Assembly: GCA_028534125.1 (NCBI GenBank) | Contig: CM052818.1 | Coordinates: 22,074,001 to 22,138,000, forward strand | Length of the DNA stretch: 64,000 bases | Direction of reading: 5' to 3' | DNA from: Lama glama | Lineage: Eukaryota | Notes under the pieces: model-generated | Databases searched by the model: none | The model's input: only the letters and a program-made list of their open reading frames with translations | What the model was told of the DNA's origin: nothing | Shown here: positions 54,301-64,000 of the stretch, piece by piece | Layout: each line of letters begins with the position of its first letter | Position numbering within the stretch: the first letter of the stretch is position 1 | Translations under genes and position numbers: made by a program

Positions 54301-57300
54301 CGGACTGGACTGGGGCAGAGAATTAATAGTATAAACAAATGTCATGATTTGTACAGGAGGAAAGGCAGATTGCCTTGAAGAGTGGGGGGAGGGGAGTGGA
54401 TGTAAGACATGCCAACTCTTCTTCCTTACTCTACAGATGGAAGAGCAGCCATGTCTAATGGTTGTTGAGGACATGCTATCACCAGGGAAGTGTTATTTGG
54501 TGAAAGGACTGTAAGAGGTTAAGGGGCATGGATGTAGGGTAGCTTGTTTACAAGCACATGAAGGTCAAATCAGTGGAAGGCACTGGTAGAATAAAAGCCA
54601 GGAGTGGAGCGGAACAGGCCTGGGGAGGGCTGATCCGTTGGAGGATGAGCGCGGCGGAGGGTTTCACACTGGCAGCAATCCCACGTAACAGGGGTGAGGT
54701 TTAGGGAGGGAGGGGCTGAGAAGCTGGTTGGGTGAGTCCTGAGTGCTAGGGCACTGGCTGGCCCAGGGAGGAGCAGTGCTAACGGCAGAGTGTGGATCCT
54801 TATGGAGAAGCCTGGATGGTTCAGCCCTACGCATAGCAGTTAGTTGTGACCATCGTCTAAGTGTGAGTATTTTTCTGTGAGAGTTGAGCTGTAAAAAGGA
54901 AAAGGTGTCTCCACTGGCTTGGGGCCCAACAGAACCAATCTGCGGTACTAAATGGCCCCAGCTGTTGGCTGTGCTCCAACAAGCCCTTTCAAAGGGGAGT
55001 TTGGCTTCCCCTGCAGACTCTTCCCACCCACTAACCACCATGGATTTCTTCATAGAAGGCAAGTGTGGGATTTTTTTTAAATGATAACCCCTGGAGAGAA
55101 ACTAAAGACCGTATGTTTTTCTAGGACTCTGGCCTTATACCCTGAGGCTGCCAGATTTGGATATTTCTCTGCTGCTCTCTTGGCGCCCCACTTAATTGGT
55201 GAATTTCTAACTCTTGTGCTACTTGGCATGATCCAAAACCCCAACGTGGTCAACAGTGTGGTGGCTCTGCTCTGCATCGCTGGGGTGCTTGTGGGCTCTG
55301 GATTCCTGAGGTAAGATCTGACAATTCCAACAACTTAGACTGGTACGACTGGATGTTAGTGACCTCCTGATAATGATTATTATAAGGAATTCCAGAGGCA
55401 CGCTCTGTGATACTGTTGCTATGTTACCTGACAGTCTCGAGTGTTTATAGAGCTTGCTAATCATTATTGTTCAGTCTTTGCTCACTATTTATTTATTCAA
55501 TAAAATGTCTTCACAGTGAGAATCAGGAAGTGACAACTTAGGTATGTTATCAATATGACTCACATGTCATAAGCCATTGTTAACAGGAGGAGAACCAAAC
55601 TGTCATCCAGAAAAACTCACAGCCTATTAGAGGCCAAACAGCAAACATTTAGTTCATTCCTTCCCTGGCACCGCTGAATCACTGTTTTAGCTCTTAATTC
55701 CCAGTTACTTTAAGGAAGTAAGGATAGTCAGAAAAGAGCCTGAAGGATAAGACTGCTCAAGAAAGTATCAGGACGAGGAGGACACACACCAGATGTGAAC
55801 AGTAATTACCTCTGCGTGACACTTAATTTTTTCTTCATATTTTCCTGTATTTTATGAATCTTCTATAATGGATAAGCATCATTTTATAATCAAGAAAAAC
55901 ATACGCACATAAATACACACGTCTTAAAAAACAGCAGGAAGTGTGGAAAATTTCAGAGGGGTGAGAGTGGTCTCGGGCAGGTGATGCGAGTGGGCTCTAG
56001 TAAGTAAATCTGGGTCTCTGAGAAAATGAGAAGGTGATTCTGTTTCTTTGACTTAAAAGTCAAATAAACAAAAAAGCTATTGAGCGGCTACTATATGTAA
56101 CTATATTGAATTATTTAACTCTCAGAGCAATCCATGTTCAGGTAAGAAAACCAAGTTCAGGCTTGACTCTGTGGGGTCACAACTGAAGACTCTCCCAGGA
56201 GGCACGTGGCTCCCTGGAGCGAGGACTGACCTTGGAGTCAGTCTTCCTCCTACCATTTAGCTGCTGAGTGGCCATTGGCAAGTTACTTTTTTATCTAGTT
56301 TCTTCACTCATAAAGTAGAGATAATCATCTCAGCCCCACCTGCCTCAAGGGGTCACAAGAAGCAAATGAAGTCATCAGCATGAAAGAAAACACCTTATAA
56401 ACTGTAGGGAGTTATAAAAGGTGAACTGTTATAAAGCCAAGTGAGCTAGGTTTTGATCAGTCAAGGAGGATTTTTTTTTTTCACAATGACACCATTACAT
56501 TGTATCTGTCTGTGTTGCTTAAGTGTCTTGTTAGCATCTATGAAAAAATGAACAAATCAAATCACCCCAGTGGCGTAAAATCAAGCCAGTAAGTTACAAA
56601 CCCAGGCTTGAGCCGTGTCTCTTCTTTCATATTTGAAACATTATACATGTTCCAATCAATCTGAAACTATTTCATATATTTGGTTTATAGGAAAAGGGGA
56701 TTAATTACTCTTAAGAGGGAGGCAGTGGCCAATGTTACCAAAATGCTCTTGGATCCTCTGCAAAATCTCGACATCCCACGGCTTCACCTGGGTTCCACTC
56801 CTAGCACTGAATTGAAACTCTACTCTTGAAGACCACATCAACTTCCTAGTCATTAAGTTTAAACTTTCCTCTCAAGTCACCATCTTTCCTGACTGCCTGC
56901 AACATTTGCACTTTTGGTTGCCTCCTCCTTTAAACACAAGTGGAAATAACTTTCCTGTTCTTTCTGCTTACAAAATAGAGATTCTTTGGGGGAAAAAATG
57001 CACACAAAACAGAAATGTATAAAGAAGTAAAAGTTACCCGAAGTATCACAATACAGAGTTAAATTTTGTTGTGTATCTTGCTAGACTTTCATATAATCTT
57101 TAATTAAAATGAGCTCATACTAAAAAAACAGTTCATACTATTGTGAAGGAGTAAAGCATGCATGAGTTTTTTCTCTCATTGAACAATATAGTGTGAATGG
57201 TCCCATGTCAATAAATGTAGATCTGTGGGTCCTCCCTCTCAGATGTACTGCAAGGATTTCTGTGACACAGCTTGGTTCTCCTCCCTGGTCTTTACTGATC

Positions 57301-60300
57301 CGTCTGTCTCCCTCTGCCTCCTGTCGTTCCCTTGGCAGGACAAGCTCTCTGAAAGCCCCCATGTTTGGTCTCACAGCCCATCACGTGGTGCTTGTGGTGC
57401 AGTCTTCCTTTGATCGACTGTCTCCTGAGGACAGCAGCTGTGTCTCCTTCCTCATTATAGCTCTTCTCAGTGGCCAGTCCAAGGCCTTTAATAAGGTTTG
57501 CAAAAAATATCTGCAATGAGTAAATAAATGAAGGACTCCTCTCTCTTCTCAGACTGCCCACACACTGATCAGTCACTAAATCATGCTGGTTTTCTTCTCT
57601 GATGTCAAAGCACAAACGCATGTGGAGCTTTTGCGCTTGCCCTGTGCGGTGCAGTACGAGATGAAGGCACACGGTTCCTGCCTCGAGGAGGTGACACTCT
57701 AGCCGGCTGGGCGGCCATCCTCTCGCGGCCATCATCCTATTCCAGGCCTCTGTTATCTCACACTTGAACTTCTGCTGTAGCCTACTCACTTTTTTGCTGT
57801 TCCTAATCTGCCCTTATTCTGTTCCATCCTCCTTGCTGGTGCCACATTAATTTTCTTAGAACAGTGACTGCAGTGTGATCTTTCTCATGGTCCTTTCAGT
57901 GTCAACCCACTGCAGGGCCCTGAAACAGCTGGTTTCCAGCTACCATTCCAAGCTCACCTCCCACTGTTCCCACTTCCGATCCTCTGCTCCAGCTTTCCTA
58001 GTCCATCCAGTCCCATGAGCAGCCCTTGACATGCCTGTGTTCACACCATTCTGCCTTCTTCGTGCCCTTCCTCTTCCCCTACTTCCTCCCTAGGTTCCTA
58101 TCTGTCCTTTCCTATTAGCAGCCTCTCCATGTGACTAATTCAATTCTGTGCCTCAGAAGATTGCCAATAACTGTAGGTCATGGAGTTTGGCGATCCCTTG
58201 GGAATACATGACACCGTAAATACTAAATACAAGAATGTCATGGACATGTGGTACTGGTGTCCTATACCTTCTGGGAACAAGTTGTTCACCACTGTGTATT
58301 TTTACGGTTTTAAGGCTATATGGTCTATGACCCTGAACTACATTATGATTTCTTTAGGGGAAGGATACTTTTTTTGACTTCTCAAGCACCTATAACTAGT
58401 GCTTTGCCGATAGAACTTAATTCATATTTGTTGACTGATAGAAGCTATATAATGGACCAAGGCCACAAGGTCAGCATTAAGTTTCTCCTGAAATAGGCTG
58501 AAGAGGAGGCATACTTCGCTCACAGTGAATGTCTGCTTGTTCTCTCCAGCCTTTTCCCCTTGGATTATAGTTTAGTTCTCACTTCACACACTAGTGCTCT
58601 CAAATCTCTGTTTAATACAAATGCCCTCCTCTAATGTGATGTGTTTTGGGTGTTTTATCATTGGTGCTTACCAATAAAATTAGATACCAGTCCATCATCA
58701 GGGGATTGTTAAATTAAGGTTTCTACTATAATGGACCACCAAGCTGTGATTAAAAATGACGGAATGCTACGCTTACTGACTTGAAAGGATGTCTGAGACA
58801 TGTGTTTGTTTGAAAAAGCAGGTTAGGAGAGAGGATGAAGAGTTTAATTCCATTTGTGTAGGATGCTATAAATACACATATTACATATATCACCAAAATG
58901 TTAACAGTGCTTATTTCTGGGCAGTGGTATTTCTTGATTACTTCTCAGTGTTGTTTGAAGTTTATTTTTATAGTGAGCATAATCTTTTATTATAGTTGAT
59001 TTACAATGTTGTTTTAGTTTCTGGTGTACAGCAAAGTGATTCAGTTTCATATATATATGTATATATTCTTTTTCATTACAGATTACTTACAAGATATTGA
59101 ATATAAGTCCCTGTGTTATACAGTAGGACCTTGTTGTTTATTTTATGTGTAGTAGTTTGTATCTGCTAATCCCAAACTCATAATTTATCCCTCCCTGCCC
59201 TTTCCCCTTTGGTAACCATAAGTTTGTTTTTCTGTGTCTGTGAGTCTGTTTCTGTTTTGTAAATGAGTTCATTTGTGCCATTTTTTAAGATTCCACATAT
59301 AAGTGAAATTATGTCTTTCAAATATGAAGATATTTGTCTTTGTCTGACTTACTTCACTTAGTATGATAATCTCTAGGTCCATGCATGTTGCCATTTGTAA
59401 ATGGCATTATTTCATTCTTTTTTATGGCTGAGTAATATTCCATTATATATTTTATATATATATATAACCACACCCTTTTTATCCATTCATCTGACAGTGG
59501 ACATTTCAGTTGCTTCCATGTCTTAACTATTGTAAATGGTGCTGCTGTGAACACAGGGGTGCAAGTATCTTTTTGAATTAGTTTCCTCTGGATATATTCC
59601 CAGGGGTGGAATTGCTGGATCATATGATAACTCTAGTTTTTTGGGGACTCTCCGTACTGTTTTTCCATAGTGGCTGCATATGGAATTTCCATAGTGGAAA
59701 TTACATTTCCATCAACAGTGAACGAGGGTTCCCTTTACTCCACACCCTCTCTAGCATTTAACGTTTGTGGGCTATAGTAAGCATAATTTTTATAACAAAG
59801 ATGAACAACTATGTATATTTCTGTTGGGAAACATAAGAGATGCCTTTTTCATTTGATAGGACTGTTACCAGAGCCTACTGAATTTCATCTTTCTCTCTCT
59901 CTGCTTTTTCTGAAGAAACACAGAAGAAATGACCATTCCTTTTAAAATCTTTAGTTATTTTACATTCCAAAAATACTGCTCTGAGATTCTTGTCGTCAAT
60001 GAGTTCTATGGACAGAATTTCACCTGTGGTAAGTATTCTATTTTGGAATTTATTTTTACATATTACTTTGAGAAAACAATTTCTTGAGGGAAATGTATTT
60101 GTAAACTAAAAGCTATATTTTAAAATATTTAAAACCTTGCTTTGAAATAAGAGTCTAACATTTTCTCTGATTTTTAAAATAAATCAAGCAAATAGTCTAG
60201 TTAGTCACCTGTCAAAGGTCACTAGCTTAAGACCACTCTGATGTTTTTAGAAAATGACAAGCCCAGTGCAATATACACTGAGGTAAACTCCAGTATATTG

Positions 60301-60990
60301 TAGGTGGAATCAGTTCCTCCAGCTACTGAACAGGCTGAAGCAGGTTGCAGTGGCATCTTATTCCCCAAAGTGTACACAGTATATAGCTAAGTAAAGCCAT
60401 TTGTGGCCAAAGTCTGTTCCCTAATCCCAAGAGATGGCAGTGGGAGCACAGGAAGGCCCTCCAGGCCATTGCAAATCCCAGGCCACTCTGTGAAGACGAA
60501 TGAAGAACAAGGCAGACCTTAGTAGCTGTTGTAAATATCTTTGGGTGATAACATTAGTAACCTTGGGATATTCAGTACTGTCATGATAATTGTTATCAGT
60601 ACTGTGGTAATGTAGACCCAAAATGGCCCCAAATACTCACTATTGCTTCATATAATAATGAATTCTGGGCTCTCTAAAATGTCCTGTATCTTTATGAAGA
60701 AGGATGCTAAGCATTTTAGTGGGCATTTGGTAAATACATGTTGACTGAATTACTTTGTAAGCACCATATTTGACATTGTCAATCTTTTCCCCACAGGCAG
60801 CTCAAATGGTTCTGTGTCAACTAATCCAATGTGTGCCATTACTCAAGGAACTCAGTTCATTGAGAGAACCTGCCCGGGTGCAACATCCAGATTCACAGCA
60901 AACTTTCTGGTTTTGTATTCATTTATCCCAGTTCTTGTCATCCTAGGAATAATTGTTTTTAAAATAAGGGATCATCTCATTAGCAGATAG
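36248..60990 (+). CDS. ABCG5: ABCG5 (sterolin-1), ABC sterol half-transporter; complete 13-exon CDS, 1959 nt, 652 aa
   Basis: 13 exons with GT-AG boundaries in a continuous frame. Walker A GSSGSGKTT, degenerate signature ISSGE, Walker B VMLFDE, C-terminus KIRDHLISR*. Confidence 0.98.
37076..37197 (+). CDS. ABCG5: ABCG5 exon 2
   Basis: aag|[41 protein letters not shown]|gtaagc. Confidence 0.96.
39095..41450 (-). mobile_element. Nested L1 cluster (old L1MB-type, intermediate L1, young L1 ORF2 fragment) in ABCG5 intron 2, spanning an assembly gap
   Basis: L1 3'UTR at about 39150-39554. ORF2 peptide [42 protein letters not shown] at 40184-40055. ORF2 3' remnants at 40200-40990. L1MB-like 3'UTR pieces at 39095-39148 and 40992-41450. 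Confidence 0.85.
39555..40054. other. Assembly gap (exactly 500 N)
   Basis: Run of n characters from 39555 to 40054. Confidence 1.
41547..41683 (+). CDS. ABCG5: ABCG5 exon 3
   Basis: cag|[15 protein letters not shown]...[10 protein letters not shown]|gtgggt. Confidence 0.96.
41777..41875 (+). CDS. ABCG5: ABCG5 exon 4
   Basis: cag|[33 protein letters not shown]|gtgggt. Confidence 0.96.
41980..42300. mobile_element. MER33-like hAT-Charlie element
   Basis: gcactgtccactatggcagccactagtcacatgt...gacttgcattgtatttctattg resembles MER33/MER3. Confidence 0.75.
44391..44590 (-). mobile_element. Short 5'-truncated lineage-specific L1 3' end
   Basis: ttgaagtacagtcagttacaatgtgtc...gttccctgtgctatacagaagaa; TSD CACAATCT at 44383-44390 and 44591-44598. 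Confidence 0.8.
45561..45693 (+). CDS. ABCG5: ABCG5 exon 5
   Basis: cag|[45 protein letters not shown]|gtaagt. Confidence 0.96.
46310..46473 (-). mobile_element. Short 5'-truncated L1 3' end
   Basis: Poly-T plus L1 3'UTR; TSD aagaaatgttctt (46297) / aagagatgttctt (46474). Confidence 0.8.
46997..47136 (+). CDS. ABCG5: ABCG5 exon 6
   Basis: cag|[21 protein letters not shown]...[10 protein letters not shown]|gtgagg. Confidence 0.96.
47891..48020 (+). CDS. ABCG5: ABCG5 exon 7
   Basis: cag|[19 protein letters not shown]...[10 protein letters not shown]|gtaagt. Confidence 0.96.
48420..48633 (+). CDS. ABCG5: ABCG5 exon 8
   Basis: ttttag|[18 protein letters not shown]...SKLCVLL-AG|gtaaga. Confidence 0.95.
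48716..48921 (+). CDS. ABCG5: ABCG5 exon 9
   Basis: ttcag|[14 protein letters not shown]...[15 protein letters not shown]|gtgagt. Confidence 0.96.
49724..49862 (+). CDS. ABCG5: ABCG5 exon 10
   Basis: cag|[22 protein letters not shown]...FSSICY-TG|gtaagg. Confidence 0.96.
50049..50273. repeat. Long inverted repeat, left arm (225 bp)
   Basis: Reverse complement of 51079-51303 with 14 substitutions and no indels. Confidence 0.97.
51079..51303. repeat. Long inverted repeat, right arm (225 bp)
   Basis: Reverse complement of 50049-50273 with 14 substitutions and no indels. Confidence 0.97.
51277..51432. mobile_element. Degenerate MER5A-like hAT MITE overlapping the outer end of the right inverted-repeat arm
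   Basis: cagcggtc...tcagcgttacctcggggcttgtt...cctactgaat...ccctaggtgattcatatgcac...tttgcaaagcactg resembles MER5A. Confidence 0.65.
52380..54700 (-). mobile_element. Ancient L2 LINE remnant in ABCG5 intron 10
   Basis: Long purine-rich tract with L2-like motifs (gatgcctgagttttcagcctggg, ggttttgaatacattgcatctgggatgc...aggtgtcc); boundaries approximate. Confidence 0.6.
55125..55310 (+). CDS. ABCG5: ABCG5 exon 11
   Basis: ctag|[35 protein letters not shown]...GSGFL-AG|gtaaga. Confidence 0.96.
58984..59772 (-). mobile_element. 5'-truncated L1 (ORF2 C-terminus plus 3'UTR)
   Basis: ORF2 remnant [27 protein letters not shown]...[14 protein letters not shown]; 15-bp TSD tatagtgagcataat (58969) / tatagtaagcataat (59773). 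Confidence 0.9.
59916..60028 (+). CDS. ABCG5: ABCG5 exon 12
   Basis: gaag|[39 protein letters not shown]|gtaagt. Confidence 0.95.
60797..60990 (+). CDS. ABCG5: ABCG5 exon 13 (coding part)
   Basis: cag|[18 protein letters not shown]...KIRDHLISR*. Confidence 0.96.
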
Positions 60991-63094
60991 TACAGAACAC
61001 TGCTGTGAAAATGAAACGTAAGCTCCTAGATGCATATGACTGCTTTGAATTTCTGAAATAAGAATGCCATGTGGTTCTTAATAGTGTATCTTAAATCTGT
61101 TGACCATTAAGACTCCATCTGTGCCCCTTGGATCCATGCAGGCCTTCAGTGCTATTCCGACTTGTCGGGACATGTGGTATTTGGCAATTGTGACTGAGCT
61201 GGTCCAAAGATGTAAATAAGAATAATTCATCAAGTTATGGGAGATCAGTGTGACTATCTGTTTTCTTTGTTCTAGACACAGAAAAATAGATCAGTTAAAA
61301 AATTACACTTACAGTTGATAAAGGATTTGGTAAAAAAGAAAACATTTGCATGACCATTGACTGTAAATAATAGAAAAGAGTTGTGGGTTTGATTGAAGCA
61401 AAACATGCAGAATTAGGTAAGACTGCTTTCATTATCATTTGAAAACCTGTATTTATGTGCACGTGTCCACGTAAGTTACCTGATTAAATGGAGAGGATGT
61501 TGGGCAGATTTTGGATGAAGACCCCTGACACAGAGCATTCACTGATTTTATTGAAGGTTAAAAAGAAAAATGGCAGGAATGGGCTGAACTGAGAACACAG
61601 CACACCAAAGTGATTAGTTTGCTATTTTTCACTTTCCACTTAGTTTACTTACGAAATGAAAAGTAAATGTTACTAGAAAAGTGTATGCACTGAGAAATGA
61701 CATTTCTAAGGTTGGAGAACAGCTGTTTTTTAAAGTCCATATAGAAAAGATGCTCAACTGACACATTTACACTAAGAACAGTTACACACTAGGAATTCAT
61801 GTTCTTGAATTTTAAAGAGAAAAAGTGCTGATAAATACATATTTTTAGGGATGAAATGATGTATATAGATTATTAAAAGTGGGTTCTGGACTACATGATT
61901 ATCTTTCTGAAATGAAACTGTCTCCATGTTACCATGGTAACTTTGAGGTATCTTAGAGTACATGAACTTGTTCAGTTACTGTGACCTACCTTGTAAAGAA
62001 TGATAAATTATAGCATTTGAAATGTCTCACATTATGGTAGAAAAGATCATTTCATTAAGGAAACCACAGTAAAATTCTGTTTCTTAGAACAGTATTTAAG
62101 GTTCTGGAGACATTGGTAAATTACCAGAATAGTATTGTCAATTTTTATAAAAGGTCTTTGACACTGATGATTATGGTATAATAGTTACATAATGCCTTAC
62201 AGATTATGTATGTCACATCAGTTATAGATAATTCTGGAGATGATAATCTATTAAAGTAGTTCAAAGAGAGTCCCACAGGAATCTCTTTTGAAATCACTGA
62301 TTTCAACTTGCTAGAGACATGGGTGTACAATGTAAGTGGAAGCATTTTCTACTATTCATATGCAGATGAATTTCATTGTAGCTCAGAAACATTTGGAAAA
62401 TGACATAGCACGTGACTTCAAGCTATTAAGTGTTAGTGATACCATCTTAGAAAAACGCAATGACTTTCAACATGTGACAGTTTGTGTCTCGAGTTGAAAA
62501 TGGACAGTGATGTGTAAGACAATCAAATTATATAATAAAAATGCCTATTACTATTGTGGAATAGGATGTTTCTTCCCACTAAGTCAGTGATGTTTCTGAG
62601 ATCAGAACGCTCACTGTTAATTTAAAGGGAGCTCTTTCTCCACAGCACTCAGGCACGATGCCTGTCTAAGACTGGTTCCTTGGAGGCATGCTGAAAATTC
62701 TGTTTTCAGGAGTATTGGAACCACATGCACTGTGACTAGTTTAGGAAGTCTTATTTCTTTGCAATAGCCAGCTAGTTTGCTATCCACTCGGACACCACTC
62801 ATCAATCTTGGTATTCTTGGGTTAGTAAGTGTGCGTATTTGAAGCTGAATGCATGGCATGTTAGAGTCAACATATGTTATAGTGGAAGGAAGAACACAGA
62901 ATAAATTACTTTCCTGTTTAATAACAGCAATTATTCTTACTCCTAACTGAATCTGGATAGCAGGTACACAAATCTATGTGAGTTAGAAGGCTTCTTAAAG
63001 ATATTCCACCTTGGAAATGATCTTGGTTATTACTAACTCATACAGTTTTGGCCTGCTATTTGATAGAGTATCTCCTTACATTTGCCTGTTCTTC

Positions 63095-63265
63095 AAAAAG
63101 TTTTACCCAAAATAAGTACGTCAGAATCACCAGAGGTGCTGATTTAAAATGCAGGTTACTAAGCCCCATTCTAGACCCACTCATTCAGGGTTTCTGGATG
63201 TAGGGACTCAGGAATGTGCGTTTTAAATGAGGACTTCAGATGCTTCTTGTGCCGCACTATTAGAG
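63095..63265. mobile_element. MER5A-like hAT MITE
   Basis: tcagaatcaccagaggtgctgatttaaaatgcagg...ggactcaggaatgtgcgttttaa resembles MER5A. Confidence 0.65.
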
Positions 63266-63495
63266 TAAAAAGATGACACCTGTGAAAGTGAACCCACTTC
63301 CAGTTTCCTACCAGACGCAGCTGAGGACTCCTTAGAGAAGGACCATGTCTAATATAAACGCTTAACCTTATACTCACAACTGTTACTACTAATTGCTCTG
63401 CTTTCGTATTCCTGGAAACATAAGCAGGAACTTATCAGTGCTGAACCGGGTATACACTACTTAAACATGTTACAGGTAAGCAGTGCAAAGTTCTT

Positions 63496-63501
63496 TTTAT
63501 T
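63496..63501 (-). terminator. Candidate DYNC2LI1 proximal poly(A) signal
   Basis: TTTATT on + (AATAAA on -), about 210 nt after the stop. Confidence 0.55.
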
Positions 63502-63709
63502 TAAAAAAATATTACATGTAATTATACAATTTTTTTCCCTTTTAAGAGACTTAAAAGTATCCATGGAGTTGCACTAATATAAGAAATTCCACTTTTCCTT
63601 TAACAAATTACACATCTAAACTTTCCTTGCTTGTTACTATAATAGTTAATAAAAAAATATTACTTGTATTTGAGGAAGAAGAAATAAACACACCATAGTT
63701 GAATGAGGT

Positions 63710-63772
63710 TCAAGAATCAAGCTCAGTTTGTTTCCAAGACTTGGAAGAACTTCTTTTGTACTGTTCCAGTTC
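63710..63772 (-). CDS. DYNC2LI1: DYNC2LI1 (dynein-2 light intermediate chain 1), last coding exon
   Basis: ttttag|ELEQYKRSSSKSWKQTELDS*; matches the DYNC2LI1 C-terminus and its known position tail-to-tail with ABCG5. Confidence 0.93.
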   Translation of the reverse strand, partial: ELEQYKRSSSKSWKQTELDS

Positions 63773-64000
63773 CTAAAACAAAAGTATGTATTTCTTTAAA
63801 AAATTTTAAATTTAAACAGGCACCTTAAAACTGCCTTACCATTTTTTGCTTATAACAGTGTATCCTTTATAGCATTATCATTCCCAAAACTTCTTGACAG
63901 TTGTTTTATAAATGATTATACTTAGGATTTATTTTCTAGAAATATAGAGTATTCAGAGTTTCTGTGTAGCATGAGCAGGAGAGATGAATTTAAAGTTTCA

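Noticed and set aside
59663..59710. Small local duplication with an inverted piece (TTCCATAGTGG x2) inside an L1; a similar duplication lies at 40504-40530
   Set aside because: Ordinary replication-slippage or template-switch scars in decayed L1 sequence, with no functional implication.

Overview
Mammalian genomic DNA, very likely a camelid, judged from a Vic-1-type tRNA-derived SINE and cetartiodactyl-type L1 3' ends. It carries the syntenic block LRPPRC(+) -> <- ABCG8(-) / ABCG5(+) -> <- DYNC2LI1(-). I reconstructed the last 7 coding exons of LRPPRC (524-10751), all 13 exons of ABCG8 (35890-19431, 671 aa), all 13 exons of ABCG5 (36248-60990, 652 aa) and the last coding exon of DYNC2LI1 (63772-63710). 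All have GT-AG boundaries and continuous frames. ABCG5 and ABCG8 share a 357-bp ATG-to-ATG bidirectional promoter. The rest is intron or intergenic DNA with L1, L2, MIR, hAT and Tigger relics, a solo ERV LTR with a 4-bp TSD, and a 500-N assembly gap. The most unusual structure is a CpG-rich, indel-free 225-bp inverted duplication (211/225 identical, 805-bp spacer) in ABCG5 intron 10, which could form a long dsRNA hairpin or an inversion substrate. Smaller oddities include a multiply self-complementary GC-rich patch in an LRPPRC intron, an in-frame upstream ATG for ABCG8, and nested transposon insertions with readable TSDs. No prokaryotic-type system is present, and most ORF-track entries are spurious. 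Comparisons to human/mouse sequences and repeat consensuses are from memory and need alignment to confirm.
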